DNA of 64,000 bases, from NCBI GenBank assembly GCA_031425155.1, contig JANPIV010000044.1, positions 7,413-71,412 on the forward strand. Reading direction: 5' to 3'. A program made the translations under genes and the position numbers. Below the pieces are notes generated by a model. That model was given only the letters and a program-made list of their open reading frames with translations. It made no database searches and was not told the origin of the DNA. Below are positions 1 to 10,358 of this stretch, one piece after another. Position 1 is the stretch's first letter; each line of letters starts with the position of its first letter. Origin of the DNA: Saprospirales bacterium (GTDB lineage Bacteria > Bacteroidota > Bacteroidia > Chitinophagales > Saprospiraceae).

Positions 1-28
1 TAGAATAAATAGAGGCTCACAGAGTTTA

Positions 29-1471
29 TTAAAGAATAGAGGGCTCTGTGAGCCTCTTTTCCTCTGTGATACTCTGTGGTCCGTACATGGTCCGTACGTC
101 CACCATTTTCCCCGCCAAAGCCACCGCCGCTGCCGTCAAAGGGCTAGCCAGAATGGTGCGGGCACCCGGCCCCTGGCGACCCTCGAAATTGCGATTGGAG
201 GTGCTGACGCAGTACTCGCCCGCCGGAATTTTGTCTTCATTCATACCCAGACAAGCGGAGCAGCCCGGCTCGCGAAAATCAAAACCGGCGGCCCGAAAAA
301 TCTCGTCCAGCCCTTCGGCAATGGCCTGTGCCTGCACTTGTTTGGAACCGGGCACCACCATCGCATTCACGTTGGCGGCTTTTTGGCGGCCTTTCACAAA
401 CTCGGCGACGAGCCGCAAATCCTCAATTCGGGAGTTGGTACAGGAGCCGATGAAAACGTAGTTGATCGGTTTGTTCAACAGATTTTCGCCCGCTTCAAAA
501 CCCATGTAAGTCAAGGACTTAGCGAAAGAAGCCGGGTTGTCGGCAGCCGCTGTTTCCGGGATATTATCCGAAATGCGTACACCCATACCCGGATTGGTAC
601 CATAAGTGACCATCGGCGCAATGTCCTCCGCACGGAAAGTATATTCCTGATCGAACGTTGCACCCGGCTCGCTGAAAAGTTGTTTCCAGCGGGTCACGGC
701 TTGTTCAAAATCTGCACCTTGCGGGGCAAAACGCCGTCCTTTTACGTAGGCAAAAGTGGTCTCGTCCGGCGCGATCAATCCGCCCCGCGCACCCATTTCG
801 ATGCTCATATTGCAGATGGTCATGCGGGCCTCCATGCTCAAAGCGCGGATGGCACTGCCGGCATATTCCACAAAATACCCGGTGCCGCCCGCTGCCGTCA
901 GTTGGGCAATAATGTACAGAATAATGTCTTTGGAAAGCACCCCTGGCGCCAGTTCGCCATCCACGGTGATGCGCATTTGCTTCGGTTTTTGTTGTAAAAG
1001 ACATTGCGTAGCCAGCACTTGCTCCACCTGGCTGGTGCCAATGCCAAAAGCGATGGTGCCAAAAGCCCCGTGCGTAGAAGTGTGGCTGTCGCCGCAGACG
1101 ATGGTTTGTCCCGGTTGCGTAATGCCCAGTTCCGGCCCGATCACATGCACAATACCTTGATATTCATGGCCTAATCCATATAATTCGAGGCCAAATTCCC
1201 GGCAATTCTCGGTCAGTTTGTCCACCTGAAAACGTGACAATTGTTCGCGAATCGGCAGATGCTGATTTTTGGTCGGCACATTATGGTCGGCGGTCGCGAT
1301 GGTCTGCTTGGGCCGAAACACCGGAATGCCCCGCTGCCGTAGTCCGTCGAAGGCCTGCGGACTGGTCACTTCATGGATGAAATGCCGGTCTATATACAGC
1401 ACGTCCTGATCGCCTTCAGCGGTTTTGACGATGTGTGCGTTCCAGATTTTATCGAATAGCGTCATTGCCAT
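29..1471 (-). CDS. leuC: 3-isopropylmalate dehydratase large subunit
   Basis: 480-aa ORF with aconitase-family motifs ([20 protein letters not shown]) and a LeuC-type N-terminus. Confidence 0.95.
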   Translation of the reverse strand: MAMTLFDKIWNAHIVKTAEGDQDVLYIDRHFIHEVTSPQAFDGLRQRGIPVFRPKQTIATADHNVPTKNQHLPIREQLSRFQVDKLTENCREFGLELYGLGHEYQGIVHVIGPELGITQPGQTIVCGDSHTSTHGAFGTIAFGIGTSQVEQVLATQCLLQQKPKQMRITVDGELAPGVLSKDIILYIIAQLTAAGGTGYFVEYAGSAIRALSMEARMTICNMSIEMGARGGLIAPDETTFAYVKGRRFAPQGADFEQAVTRWKQLFSEPGATFDQEYTFRAEDIAPMVTYGTNPGMGVRISDNIPETAAADNPASFAKSLTYMGFEAGENLLNKPINYVFIGSCTNSRIEDLRLVAEFVKGRQKAANVNAMVVPGSKQVQAQAIAEGLDEIFRAAGFDFREPGCSACLGMNEDKIPAGEYCVSTSNRNFEGRQGPGARTILASPLTAAAVALAGKMVDVRTMYGPQSITEEKRLTEPSIL

Positions 1472-1489
1472 TTTAAGTAGTTATTTCAA

Positions 1490-1637
1490 CCCCACCCCTA
1501 ACTCCTCCCCCAAAAGGGAGGGGGACTAAATTGAGTTTCAAGTTGTTTATTTTCAGTACCTTGATGAAATGTTATTCTATTTCCAAGGTACTGATGATGA
1601 ATAAAAATCACCTCGATCATATCCCCCTCCCTTCCGG
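1490..1637. repeat. Left part of a G/C-run palindromic intergenic element interrupted by the IS
   Basis: 1490-1511 CCCCACCCCTAACTCCTCCCCC is the inverted complement of 2811-2832. Internal hairpins at 1503-1524 and 1553-1594. Confidence 0.6.
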
Positions 1638-2800
1638 CAGGGTTGTTAAGTTCTGAATAGTTCTTTGAGAGTTATAAATTTGCGGCAAATTTTATTTGGA
1701 GATGAGCCTTTACGAGCATTTTTCGACAATACCGGATTTTCGGCGTCCGCAGGGTCAACGTATTGCCCTTCCCGCCTTGTTGACCATGATCTCTTTGGCC
1801 TATCTGTGCGGCCATACGAGCAAGCGTAAGATTACGGCTTTTGCCAAAGCGAATGAAGAAACCTTGCGCGATTTGTTGGACTTGAAACATAAAGTGCCTT
1901 CTCACGTGACGATATGGACCTGCCTGGGTGGGGTGCGGGAAGCAGACATGATCGAAAGTTTCAATCAATGGTCCCGCTCTGTGGGGCCTATTTTGGCTGG
2001 GCAATGGATCAGTGGCGACGGCAAGAGCCTGGCCAGCACGGTGTCGAACATGCACGACGAGCAGCAGTCGTTTACCGCCATCGTCAGCATGTTTTGCCAG
2101 CAGACCGGCCTGACGCAAGTGGTAAATGCCTATCGCAACAAGAAGCGCAGCGAGATTCACGTCCTGCAAGGGCTGCTCGAGTATTTCAAAGAGGCCGGGG
2201 TAGTCATTTTTCTGGATGCGCTGCATTGCCAAAAAAAACGGCTGCCGACATCGATGGAAGCGGTAACATCTACTGTTTGCAGGTAAAAGGCAACCAAAAG
2301 ACCCTGCACACCGCGATGCGGCATACGGCAGCCAATGACACACCCCTGTCTGTGTATCGGGAATATGAAAAAGGGCATGGACGGCACACGCATTGGAGCG
2401 TCAGCGTGTTCGAGGCCAGCCACCATCCCAAAGCCAAGCAGTGGCAGGGCCTCAAAAGATTTGTGCAGGTGGAACGTTGCGGCATTCGGGACAAAAAACC
2501 TTACACCGAGACCGCCTTCTATATTTCCAATTGGGAGGAATCAAGAGCCGAGTACTTCCACGAAGGCATTCGCGGCAGATGGCACATCGAGAATCGCTTA
2601 CACTGGGTGAAGGATGTGGTGCATGGCGAAGATGGAAACAAAATAAAGAAGGGAAATGCCCCAGTAAACGCGTCCATTTTTAGCACCATTGCCATCAACA
2701 TACACCGCCTGAAAGGGCATCCGTCCATCTCCGAAGGCCAAATAAAATTTGCCAGCAATGTCAAAGAACTTGTCAATCTAATCAGAACTTAACAACCCTG
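1638..2800 (+). mobile_element. ISAs1-family insertion sequence (1163 bp)
   Basis: Perfect 19-bp terminal inverted repeats CAGGGTTGTTAAGTTCTGA (1638-1656 and 2782-2800). 11-bp direct target duplication CTCCCTTCCGG (1627-1637 and 2801-2811). Encodes a DDE transposase. Confidence 0.85.
1696..2792 (+). pseudogene. ISAs1-family (H-repeat-associated type) transposase, split by a frameshift in an A8 run
   Basis: ORF 1696-2286 (probable ATG at 1702) and the tail of ORF 1914-2792 join into one protein (..DALHCQKK/TAADIDGSGNIYCLQVKGNQKTL..WHIENRLHWVKDV..) only if one A is added at 2231-2238. Confidence 0.8.
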
Positions 2801-2832
2801 CTCCCTTCCGGGGGAGGGGTTAGGGGTGGGGC
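2801..2832. repeat. Right part of the palindromic intergenic element
   Basis: GGGGAGGGGTTAGGGGTGGGG (2811-2832) pairs with 1490-1511. 2801-2811 is the IS target duplication. Confidence 0.6.
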
Positions 2833-2833
2833 T

Positions 2834-3991
2834 TTACACCACCACCACGATCTCCCGCATGATTTCCTGCAAATCTCCGTCGCCCACTTCCTTCTTCTGG
2901 TCGGCCACTTGCAGAAACAGTTTATACACCTCGTCCAATTCTATTTTCGTGAGATTGAACCCAATACATTTGGCGCGGTAGGCGAGCGCGGCGCGTCCGC
3001 TGCGGGCGGTGAGCACAATGCGCGAATGATCTACGCCTACATCGAGCGGGTTGATGATCTCGTAGGTTTCGCGTTTTTTGATCACGCCATCCTGGTGAAT
3101 GCCCGAAGAGTGCGCGAAAGCATTGGCACCGACGATGGCCTTGTTGGGCTGCACCACGACACCCATGCGGTCGGACACTAATTGGCTGATCGGGTTGAGT
3201 AATTTGCTATTTATGCCGGTGGTAAAACCCAGATCAGCGTGTTGGCGCATCACCATGACCACTTCTTCCAATGACGTGTTGCCGGCGCGTTCGCCGATGC
3301 CATTGATGGTGCATTCGATCTGTCGTGCTCCGTGCTGCACCCCGGCAATGGAGTTGGCGGTGGCTAATCCCAGATCATTATGGCAATGGGAAGAAAGGAT
3401 GGCGCGTTCAATACCCCGGACATTTTCCAGCAAATAGCGCATTTTTGCCCCATATTGGTCGGGTAGGCAGTAGCCGGTGGTGTCGGGAATATTCAGCACC
3501 GTGGCACCAGCCTGAATGGCCACTTCGAGCACGCGGGCCAGAAATTCATTGTCGGCGCGTCCGGCATCTTCGGCGTAAAATTCGACATCCTCCACGAAGG
3601 ATTTGGCCAATTTGACCGCTGCCGCCGCACGATGCAAAATATCTTCGGGGGTTGTCTGTAATTTGTAGCGAATATGCATCTCCGAAACGCCAATGCCCGT
3701 GTGAATACGGGGTCGGCGAGCACCCCGCAGCGCGGCGGCGGCGGTGCGAATGTCATTTTCCACCGCCCGGGAAAGGCCGCAGACCGTGGGGTAGCGCAAA
3801 GCGGCAGCAACGGCCTGCACGGACTCAAAATCGCCGGGACTGGAAATGGGAAAACCAGCTTCGATCACGTCCACGCCGAGTTCTTCGAGGGCCAAAGCGA
3901 TCTCGACTTTTTGGTCGGTATTGAGTTTGCAACCGGGTACTTGTTCGCCGTCGCGGAGGGTGGTATCAAAGATTTGGATGCGGGTGGACAT
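2834..3991 (-). CDS. leuA: 2-isopropylmalate synthase, short form (HMGL-like catalytic domain only)
   Basis: 385 aa. N-terminal [11 protein letters not shown] and HxH (SSHCHNDLG) motifs of the LeuA/NifV/CimA family. Sits next to leuC. Confidence 0.85.
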   Translation of the reverse strand: MSTRIQIFDTTLRDGEQVPGCKLNTDQKVEIALALEELGVDVIEAGFPISSPGDFESVQAVAAALRYPTVCGLSRAVENDIRTAAAALRGARRPRIHTGIGVSEMHIRYKLQTTPEDILHRAAAAVKLAKSFVEDVEFYAEDAGRADNEFLARVLEVAIQAGATVLNIPDTTGYCLPDQYGAKMRYLLENVRGIERAILSSHCHNDLGLATANSIAGVQHGARQIECTINGIGERAGNTSLEEVVMVMRQHADLGFTTGINSKLLNPISQLVSDRMGVVVQPNKAIVGANAFAHSSGIHQDGVIKKRETYEIINPLDVGVDHSRIVLTARSGRAALAYRAKCIGFNLTKIELDEVYKLFLQVADQKKEVGDGDLQEIMREIVVVV

Positions 3992-3997
3992 GGTGAT

Positions 3998-4083
3998 GAA
4001 GTATGAAGTATGAACGATGAACTAGATGTATTGAACTTGGAAGTATGCCTATAAATGACTTTATAGTTCATACTTCATACTTT
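3998..4083. repeat. Long hairpin built from GAAGTAT heptamers, next to the leuA start
   Basis: Arms 3998-4015 and 4066-4083 match 17/18 as inverted complements. T6 follows on the + strand. Confidence 0.6.
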
Positions 4084-4231
4084 TTTCTAGTTCGTTTACT
4101 TTCGCTGCCAAAGAAAAGGCGTTTGGACGGGCTGCTGGTGTTCAAAATAAAGCAAGGCTCCGATGGCTAAACCGCCTATTATTGTAGTCAATTAATTGAT
4201 TATCAAATTATTAAAAACACTTTAAAATACA

Positions 4232-5791
4232 ATGCCCAAACAAAAAACGGACGACCTGTTGCAGTTGGTGAATTCATTGACCAAGGGAGAAAAGCGCAAT
4301 TTCCGGCTCTTTGCCGGACGCAATTCGTCGTCGGAAGAGTCGCATTTTTTTCTGCAATTGTTCGATGTGCTGGATAAAAAAGGGCAGTACGACGAGGTGT
4401 TTATTCTGAAAAAAATACCGGCGATCAAGAAGAGTCAGCTGCCTAATATCAAGGCGCATTTGTACCGTCAGTTGCTGGCGAGTTTGCGGCTGTTGGGCAA
4501 AAACCAGAATGAGGATATTCAACTGCGGGAAATGATTGATTATGCGCGGGTGCTGTACAACAAAGGGCTGTACCGGCAAAGCCTCGATATGCTGGCCAAA
4601 GTGAAGGAACGCGCCATGCAGGGCTTGTTTTTTGTGCAGGCCCTGGAAGTGGTGGAATTTGAGAAACTAATTGAAGGTCAATACATTACACGAAGTATTG
4701 AAGGGCGAGCCGAGGAACTGATGGGCGAGACGCTGTTTCTGAACCAGATGCTGTCGCAGACCAATCAGTTCTCCAATTTGTCTTTACAGATGTACGCGCT
4801 GTTCCTGAAAAGAGGATTTGTTCGCAACCAGAAAGACTACGATAGGGTGCAGACTTTTTTTGCCGCGTACCTGCCGTCCATTGCCTTTCAGGACCTTGAT
4901 TTTTGGGGACAGATTTTTTACTGTCAGGCCCATTTGTGGCGACACCACATATTGCAGGAGTTTCCGCAGTGTTACCGCTACGCGCAACGCTGGGTGGACC
5001 TGTTTCGGGATGCGCCGCCCATGATCGCTCTGAATCCGGCTTTGTACCTGAAAGGGTTGCACAACCTCCTGTTTACCCTGTTCAATAGTGCGCATTACGA
5101 ACGATTTTTGGAGGCTTTCGGCATCCTGCAACGTTTCCCGGAGGAGTATGACCTAAGCCAGGATAAAAATATAGAGGGGCTTTTTCGCCTGTACTGGTAT
5201 TTGCAGGCCATCAACCAGCATTACATGGAAGGCACTTTTACGGAGGGGCTGAAACTGGTGCCGGAACTAATGCAACTCATTGTTTCAGAACGATTTAACT
5301 GGGACAATCATCGGATTATCGTGTTTTACTACCGCATTGCCTGTCTATACTTCGGCAGTGCTGATTTTGGGCAGGCTATTCATTATTTGAATCTGATCAT
5401 TAATCAAAAAAACCCGGACTACCGCGCTGATATTCAATGTTTTGCGCGGATTCTTTGCCTGATCGCTCATTTTGAACTGGGCAACGAACGGCTCGTAGAA
5501 TACCAGATCAAATCCACCTACCGCTTTTTGCTGCAAATGGAGGATATGCACGCCGTGCAAAAAGAAGTTTTCCGTTTTTTGCGCCGCACGCCGGGTATGC
5601 GCCCTGCGGCCTTGCAGGAGGAATTTGGGCAGTTGCGTGAAAAACTGCTCCGCCTGCGCGATGATCCTTTCGAGCGGCGGCCTTTTCTCTACCTGGATAT
5701 TATTTCCTGGCTGGAATGCAAATTAGAAAACCGCACGGTGCAGGCGGTGATCCGGGATAAGTTTTTAGCGCGGCGGCGGAAGCGAATCTAA
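4232..5791 (+). CDS. Hypothetical protein (helical/TPR-like), function unknown
   Basis: 519-aa ORF with coding-like composition. No motif recognised. Confidence 0.7.
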   Translation: MPKQKTDDLLQLVNSLTKGEKRNFRLFAGRNSSSEESHFFLQLFDVLDKKGQYDEVFILKKIPAIKKSQLPNIKAHLYRQLLASLRLLGKNQNEDIQLREMIDYARVLYNKGLYRQSLDMLAKVKERAMQGLFFVQALEVVEFEKLIEGQYITRSIEGRAEELMGETLFLNQMLSQTNQFSNLSLQMYALFLKRGFVRNQKDYDRVQTFFAAYLPSIAFQDLDFWGQIFYCQAHLWRHHILQEFPQCYRYAQRWVDLFRDAPPMIALNPALYLKGLHNLLFTLFNSAHYERFLEAFGILQRFPEEYDLSQDKNIEGLFRLYWYLQAINQHYMEGTFTEGLKLVPELMQLIVSERFNWDNHRIIVFYYRIACLYFGSADFGQAIHYLNLIINQKNPDYRADIQCFARILCLIAHFELGNERLVEYQIKSTYRFLLQMEDMHAVQKEVFRFLRRTPGMRPAALQEEFGQLREKLLRLRDDPFERRPFLYLDIISWLECKLENRTVQAVIRDKFLARRRKRI

Positions 5792-6972
5792 AAAAAACGC
5801 CCAATTTTCGGATGATCCACAATCACCTGTTTCAATTTCGCAAAATCCACCTCGCCCTGATGCGACCAGACGACTTTGCCGCCCGGTTCGACCAGTAAAG
5901 TGTAGGGCAGTGCGCCGTTCCAGTTCTTGTCCACGGCTTCGATGAGGGCGTATTTATCGTCTTTGGCAAAAATGTAATTAGAAAAAGCGGCGTGTTTTTG
6001 CTGTAAAAAACTCAGGGCTTTGGCCTGTCGTGCGGGATCGTCGGCGGAGAGCGAAACAAACTCAAAATCGCGGGCACCATACATTCTTTGCAGGGCCACG
6101 AAATCGGGGAATTCCTGTACGCAGGGGCCGCACCAGGTTGCCCAGATGTTGATCAGGCGTAGTTTGTCGGAGCCTGCATTTTTCACTAATGCCTGTAAAC
6201 CATCTACTTGTAAAGGTTCGATGCTGACGGGTTTGGCGTTCCAGTCCTGGTCGGCTTTGATGCGGAGTTCGGTTTTCCAACCCCATTTGGTGGAGCAGCC
6301 AAAGGTTTTGGTGACCTGTGGCGCGGGTATTTTGTCGGCTAATAAATCATCCACCGCTGCCCGCAAATCTTCGGCATTGGCCTGGCCGGGCTTCTCTTTA
6401 GCATCCAACCGCCCGACATATTGCAATTTCCGCATTTTATCAAACACGAACGCGTGCGGCGTAGCTACCGGACCGTACAGCAGCGAAGCCGCCTGGGTAT
6501 CACCGTCGTATAAATAGGGAAAATTGAACTGTTTCTGTTTGGCGCGGAGGATCATTTCCGCATAATCATCATTCATATCGGTGTAGCCCAATTCCTCATA
6601 GAGCAGCCCCAGCGGACTGGTCGGCGAGATGGCGACCACGGCCACGCCTTTGGACTGATAATCGGCGGCCACGGCCTTGAGGCGGTCTTCGTAGGCTTGC
6701 GCGGTGGGGCAGTGATTGCAAGTAAAGACGATAACCAGCACTTTGGCTGCCGCAAAAGACTTGAGCGTGTAGTATTTGCCGTCGGTGCCAGGCAGTCTGA
6801 AATCGGGGGCAGCCGCTCCGATCTTGAGGGTCGGCACACTGTCACGATGGGCGACGGGTTGGGGTTTACTGACGAATTTACTGGTGCTGGTGGGTGTGGG
6901 GCGTTTACCAGATTGGCAGAAACCGACGAGCGGTAACAGGGAAAGAACGGCAAGAAAAATGGTGCGCAGCAT
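5788..6972 (-). CDS. Exported thiol-disulfide oxidoreductase with two thioredoxin-fold (TlpA/AhpC-TSA-like) domains
   Basis: Signal peptide. CxxC motifs CNHC and WCGPC. Confidence 0.85.
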   Translation of the reverse strand: MLRTIFLAVLSLLPLVGFCQSGKRPTPTSTSKFVSKPQPVAHRDSVPTLKIGAAAPDFRLPGTDGKYYTLKSFAAAKVLVIVFTCNHCPTAQAYEDRLKAVAADYQSKGVAVVAISPTSPLGLLYEELGYTDMNDDYAEMILRAKQKQFNFPYLYDGDTQAASLLYGPVATPHAFVFDKMRKLQYVGRLDAKEKPGQANAEDLRAAVDDLLADKIPAPQVTKTFGCSTKWGWKTELRIKADQDWNAKPVSIEPLQVDGLQALVKNAGSDKLRLINIWATWCGPCVQEFPDFVALQRMYGARDFEFVSLSADDPARQAKALSFLQQKHAAFSNYIFAKDDKYALIEAVDKNWNGALPYTLLVEPGGKVVWSHQGEVDFAKLKQVIVDHPKIGRFF

Positions 6973-7190
6973 AGGAAGGCCTTTTTATGCTGGCAAACTT
7001 AAAAAAGTTAGGCCTGTATTATCCGAATTTTAATGATTCAATGCAAATGGATTAAGAGCATCGCGTATAAAATATTGATTTTCAATACCTTATTTATATT
7101 AAACCTTTTGTAAAGGCCGTTGCAGGAACAAAAGGCGGCGACAGAAAATTCAGTATTCCTTTTTAGGGAGCCTATCCTGATAAAATCGGC

Positions 7191-9734
7191 CTACTGAGCC
7201 CGCCATTCCCGCCATGCCTTCCAAACCTCGAACCAGCCTACACTCACCAAACCAGCCAACACACACCAGCCCAGATCAGCGGCAGACAATACCCCCATTT
7301 TAAATAGATCATGCAGAAAAGGCATATACAATATAGCCAGTAAAAGGACTACTGAAATGCCCAGAATAATTGGCAGCGTCGGGTTTTTATAAAACAGTGT
7401 GCGGTGCAGCGCATAGTCGAAAGAGCGGTTGGCCAGGGTCAGGAACAGATTGGCAGAGACCAACGTGGCGAACACCATCGAGCGAACACCCGCTTCCGGT
7501 TTGCCCTGGGCGATAGCCACGTAGTACATAAAAAACACGCCTGCGGTAATCATCGCGCCTTGCAGCAGACTGAAACCCAATTCTCTCGACGAAAAAAGGG
7601 TACTGTGGGCGGGTCGCGGCGGTTTGCTCATCAGGTTACGTTCGGCGGGTTCATTCTCGAAAGCAATCGCTGCCGTGGGATCCATCACCAGTTCCAGAAA
7701 GATGACGTGCAAAGGCAGCAACATGTGGGTGTATGGCCAGCCAAACAACAGCGGTACCAGCACCACCAGCACAATCGGCAGGTGAATAGAAATGATGTAG
7801 CGAATGGCTTTACGCAGGTTGTCGTAGATGCGTCGTCCCATGCGAATGGCCGTGACCATCGCGCCCAGATCATCTTTCAGCAGCACCAGCGAGGCGGCAC
7901 TTTTGGCGATCTCCGTCCCGCTTTTGCCCATCGCCACCCCGATATGGGCGGCTTTGAGGGCCGGGCCGTCGTTTACGCCGTCGCCCGACATGGCCACTAC
8001 CTCGCCGTTGGCTTTCAGCGCGTTTACGATGCGGAGTTTGGCTTCGGGGAACATGCGGGCAAACACGTTGGTTTTCTGGACCGTAGTGCGCAACTCGGAT
8101 TCGCTGAGGGTCATGATTTCATCGCCGGTCAGGGTCGTTTCCCAGCCCTGCAAACCGATGCTGCGGGCGATGTTTTTGGCGGTCGCGGCATGGTCGCCGG
8201 TAATCATCATCACCCGTAAACCCGCCTTATAGAATTTCTTAAAAACCGCCGATACATTTTCTTTTGGCGGATCATAAAAAGCCACCAAACCTTCCAGTTT
8301 CCAGGGAAAGTCCCCTTGTTCCGCTGGAAAATCAGGGCCGGAGAAAGTGGCACTCGCTACCCCCAGCACCCGGTAGCCCTGGCCCGCCATTTCTTCGGTT
8401 TTGGCCAATACCTGCTCCCGCAATTTGCCGCTTACCTTCGACACTTCCAGGATGCGCTCCACGGCACCTTTACAGGCGATGGTGCGTTGATCACCCTGCT
8501 TTTCCCACACGTGGGTCATCATCGGTGGCCGACCGGAAAGCGGGTATTCTTTGATTATACGAAAGTCGGCACGCGAATCGGTCGAAGCCGAAATCGCGGC
8601 CAATTGGCCTTCCAGAATGGCTTTTTCCATCGCGTCGAAGGGTTCCGGTTCGCTGGCCCAGAGGGCGTATTCGAGCGTGCGGCCTTGTCCCGAAAAGTCG
8701 GCCACTTCGGCGACGGACATCCGGTTTTCGGTGATGGTGCCGGTTTTATCCAGACAGATGATGGTGGCCGAACCGAGGCTTTCCACCGTTTTGGGCTGCT
8801 TGGCCAGAATACCAAATTTGATCATCCGGTAAGCACCCAGTCCCATGAAAGCACTGAATGCCACGGGGATTTCTTCGGGCAAAATGGCCATTGCCAGCGT
8901 CAGGGAGAACAGCAGCGCCTTCCAAAGGTCGTTTTCAGCCCAAAAATTCAGGGCAAAAACCAGCACAAAGGCTAAGCCGCCGATGATACTCATTTGCTTG
9001 ACGAACCGCTTGATCTGCACTTGCAGCGGGGTGGGCTCCGGGTCAATGGATTCGATAGATTTGCCCAGTTTACCAAACTCGGAACGTGCTCCGGTGGCCG
9101 TCACCCGAAATACGCCTTTCCCGGAAGCGACCGTGGTGCCTTGCAAAACAAGGTGCGTAGCAGAGGATTCTTTTTCCGGCTGTTTTGGCGTCTTTGTTTG
9201 TACCGTTTTTTCTACTGATAAACTCTCGCCGGTGAGTACCGATTCATCCACCGCAAGGTCGTGTTGGTCCAGCAGCACCCCATCCGCCGGAATACGCTCC
9301 CCCTCTTCCACCGCTACTACATCATCCGGCACCAAATCTTCGGAAGGCAGGGCGATCCATTGCCCATTGCGTAGGGCGCGGACCTGGGCACGGGTGTATT
9401 GGCGCAGGGCTTCGAGGGCCCGTTCGCTTTTGGTTTCCTGATACAATTCAATGCCCGCTACAAACAGGATGGACACCACCATCATCATCGCTTCGGTGAG
9501 GTCGCCCAGAAAAAAATAGAGGGCGCAGGCCACGGCCAGCAGCAGGAACATCGGTTCGGTCACGATATTCCGCAGGCTATCGAAAATGGGGCTACGCCGC
9601 GTGGCTTCCAGTTCGTTTGTGCCAAAAATACGGCGTTGCTGTTCGGCTTGTGCCGTGGTCAAACCCGGGCCAAAAACGGCAGATTCCAGGTGCGAGATGG
9701 CTTCATCGGGTAGAGAGTTGGTCTCGCTTTGCAT
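7191..9734 (-). CDS. Cation-transporting P-type ATPase (type II-like)
   Basis: 847 aa with DKTGTIT, MITGD and GDGVNDGPAL motifs and multiple TM segments. Confidence 0.95.
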   Translation of the reverse strand: MQSETNSLPDEAISHLESAVFGPGLTTAQAEQQRRIFGTNELEATRRSPIFDSLRNIVTEPMFLLLAVACALYFFLGDLTEAMMMVVSILFVAGIELYQETKSERALEALRQYTRAQVRALRNGQWIALPSEDLVPDDVVAVEEGERIPADGVLLDQHDLAVDESVLTGESLSVEKTVQTKTPKQPEKESSATHLVLQGTTVASGKGVFRVTATGARSEFGKLGKSIESIDPEPTPLQVQIKRFVKQMSIIGGLAFVLVFALNFWAENDLWKALLFSLTLAMAILPEEIPVAFSAFMGLGAYRMIKFGILAKQPKTVESLGSATIICLDKTGTITENRMSVAEVADFSGQGRTLEYALWASEPEPFDAMEKAILEGQLAAISASTDSRADFRIIKEYPLSGRPPMMTHVWEKQGDQRTIACKGAVERILEVSKVSGKLREQVLAKTEEMAGQGYRVLGVASATFSGPDFPAEQGDFPWKLEGLVAFYDPPKENVSAVFKKFYKAGLRVMMITGDHAATAKNIARSIGLQGWETTLTGDEIMTLSESELRTTVQKTNVFARMFPEAKLRIVNALKANGEVVAMSGDGVNDGPALKAAHIGVAMGKSGTEIAKSAASLVLLKDDLGAMVTAIRMGRRIYDNLRKAIRYIISIHLPIVLVVLVPLLFGWPYTHMLLPLHVIFLELVMDPTAAIAFENEPAERNLMSKPPRPAHSTLFSSRELGFSLLQGAMITAGVFFMYYVAIAQGKPEAGVRSMVFATLVSANLFLTLANRSFDYALHRTLFYKNPTLPIILGISVVLLLAILYMPFLHDLFKMGVLSAADLGWCVLAGLVSVGWFEVWKAWREWRAQ

Positions 9735-9911
9735 TGTTTTTTAGATTAATTTTTTCCCATAAAAAATGAGCACTTCCACGTCGGTACAGCAGCCAAAAGG
9801 CAGCACCCACGGTCAGGGAAAACGGGAAGGCTGATCCCACGCCCAGCGGCGCAATGGCCAGTAAAAATAGGATGCCACGAAGGGTTTAGAGAAGGGGTTT
9901 AGAAAAAAGGT

Positions 9912-10358
9912 TTAGGCGGCATAATCAATATCCGGGGCGAGCACCCTTTCCAGCACTTTTATCAAATCATAGGTGGATACGATACCCACTAAATGGCGGT
10001 CGCCTTCCACCACCGGAACGGCGTGAAAATGATTGGTTTTAAACACCCGCAGCGCATCTTCAATGGTATCGGAAGGAGCAAGACAAATAAGGTGCTCCGT
10101 CATCACATCTTTGGCGAGTATGGCATGGAGCAACTTCTGGTTGGTGCGTTGTTCCTGCACATTGTCGAACAGGTCGCGGATGACCCGCAGATAATCGGTA
10201 TAACTGACCATGCCCACGAGTTTGCCGTCCTCGACGACCGGGACGTGGTGGAAACCATGTTTTTCAAAAATGATGCGTACGGTTTCAATGTTGTCATTAG
10301 GTCCAACCGTGGCGGGCTTACGGGTCATTATTCGGGAAATCGGTGTGTTATCTTGCAT
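9912..10358 (-). CDS. CBS-domain pair protein
   Basis: 148 aa with two CBS-like repeats (..HHVPVVEDGKLVGMVS.., ..HAVPVVEGDRHLVGIVS..). Confidence 0.9.
   Translation of the reverse strand: MQDNTPISRIMTRKPATVGPNDNIETVRIIFEKHGFHHVPVVEDGKLVGMVSYTDYLRVIRDLFDNVQEQRTNQKLLHAILAKDVMTEHLICLAPSDTIEDALRVFKTNHFHAVPVVEGDRHLVGIVSTYDLIKVLERVLAPDIDYAA

Noticed and set aside
1672-2343. 223-aa minus-strand ORF inside the IS
   Set aside because: It is antisense to the transposase and has no recognisable domain. The IS is fully explained by the frameshifted transposase.
7404-9441. Multiple 130-270-aa + strand ORFs inside the P-type ATPase gene
   Set aside because: They have no motifs and overlap a gene with every P-type ATPase signature. 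This is an antisense artefact.
9735-9911. Possible hydrophobic leader peptide (..ILFLLAIAPLGVGSAFPFSLTVGAAFWLLY..) upstream of, and overlapping, the ATPase start on the minus strand
   Set aside because: The open frame has no ATG (only possible GTG or CTG starts), I could not support a ribosome-binding context, and no conservation evidence is available.
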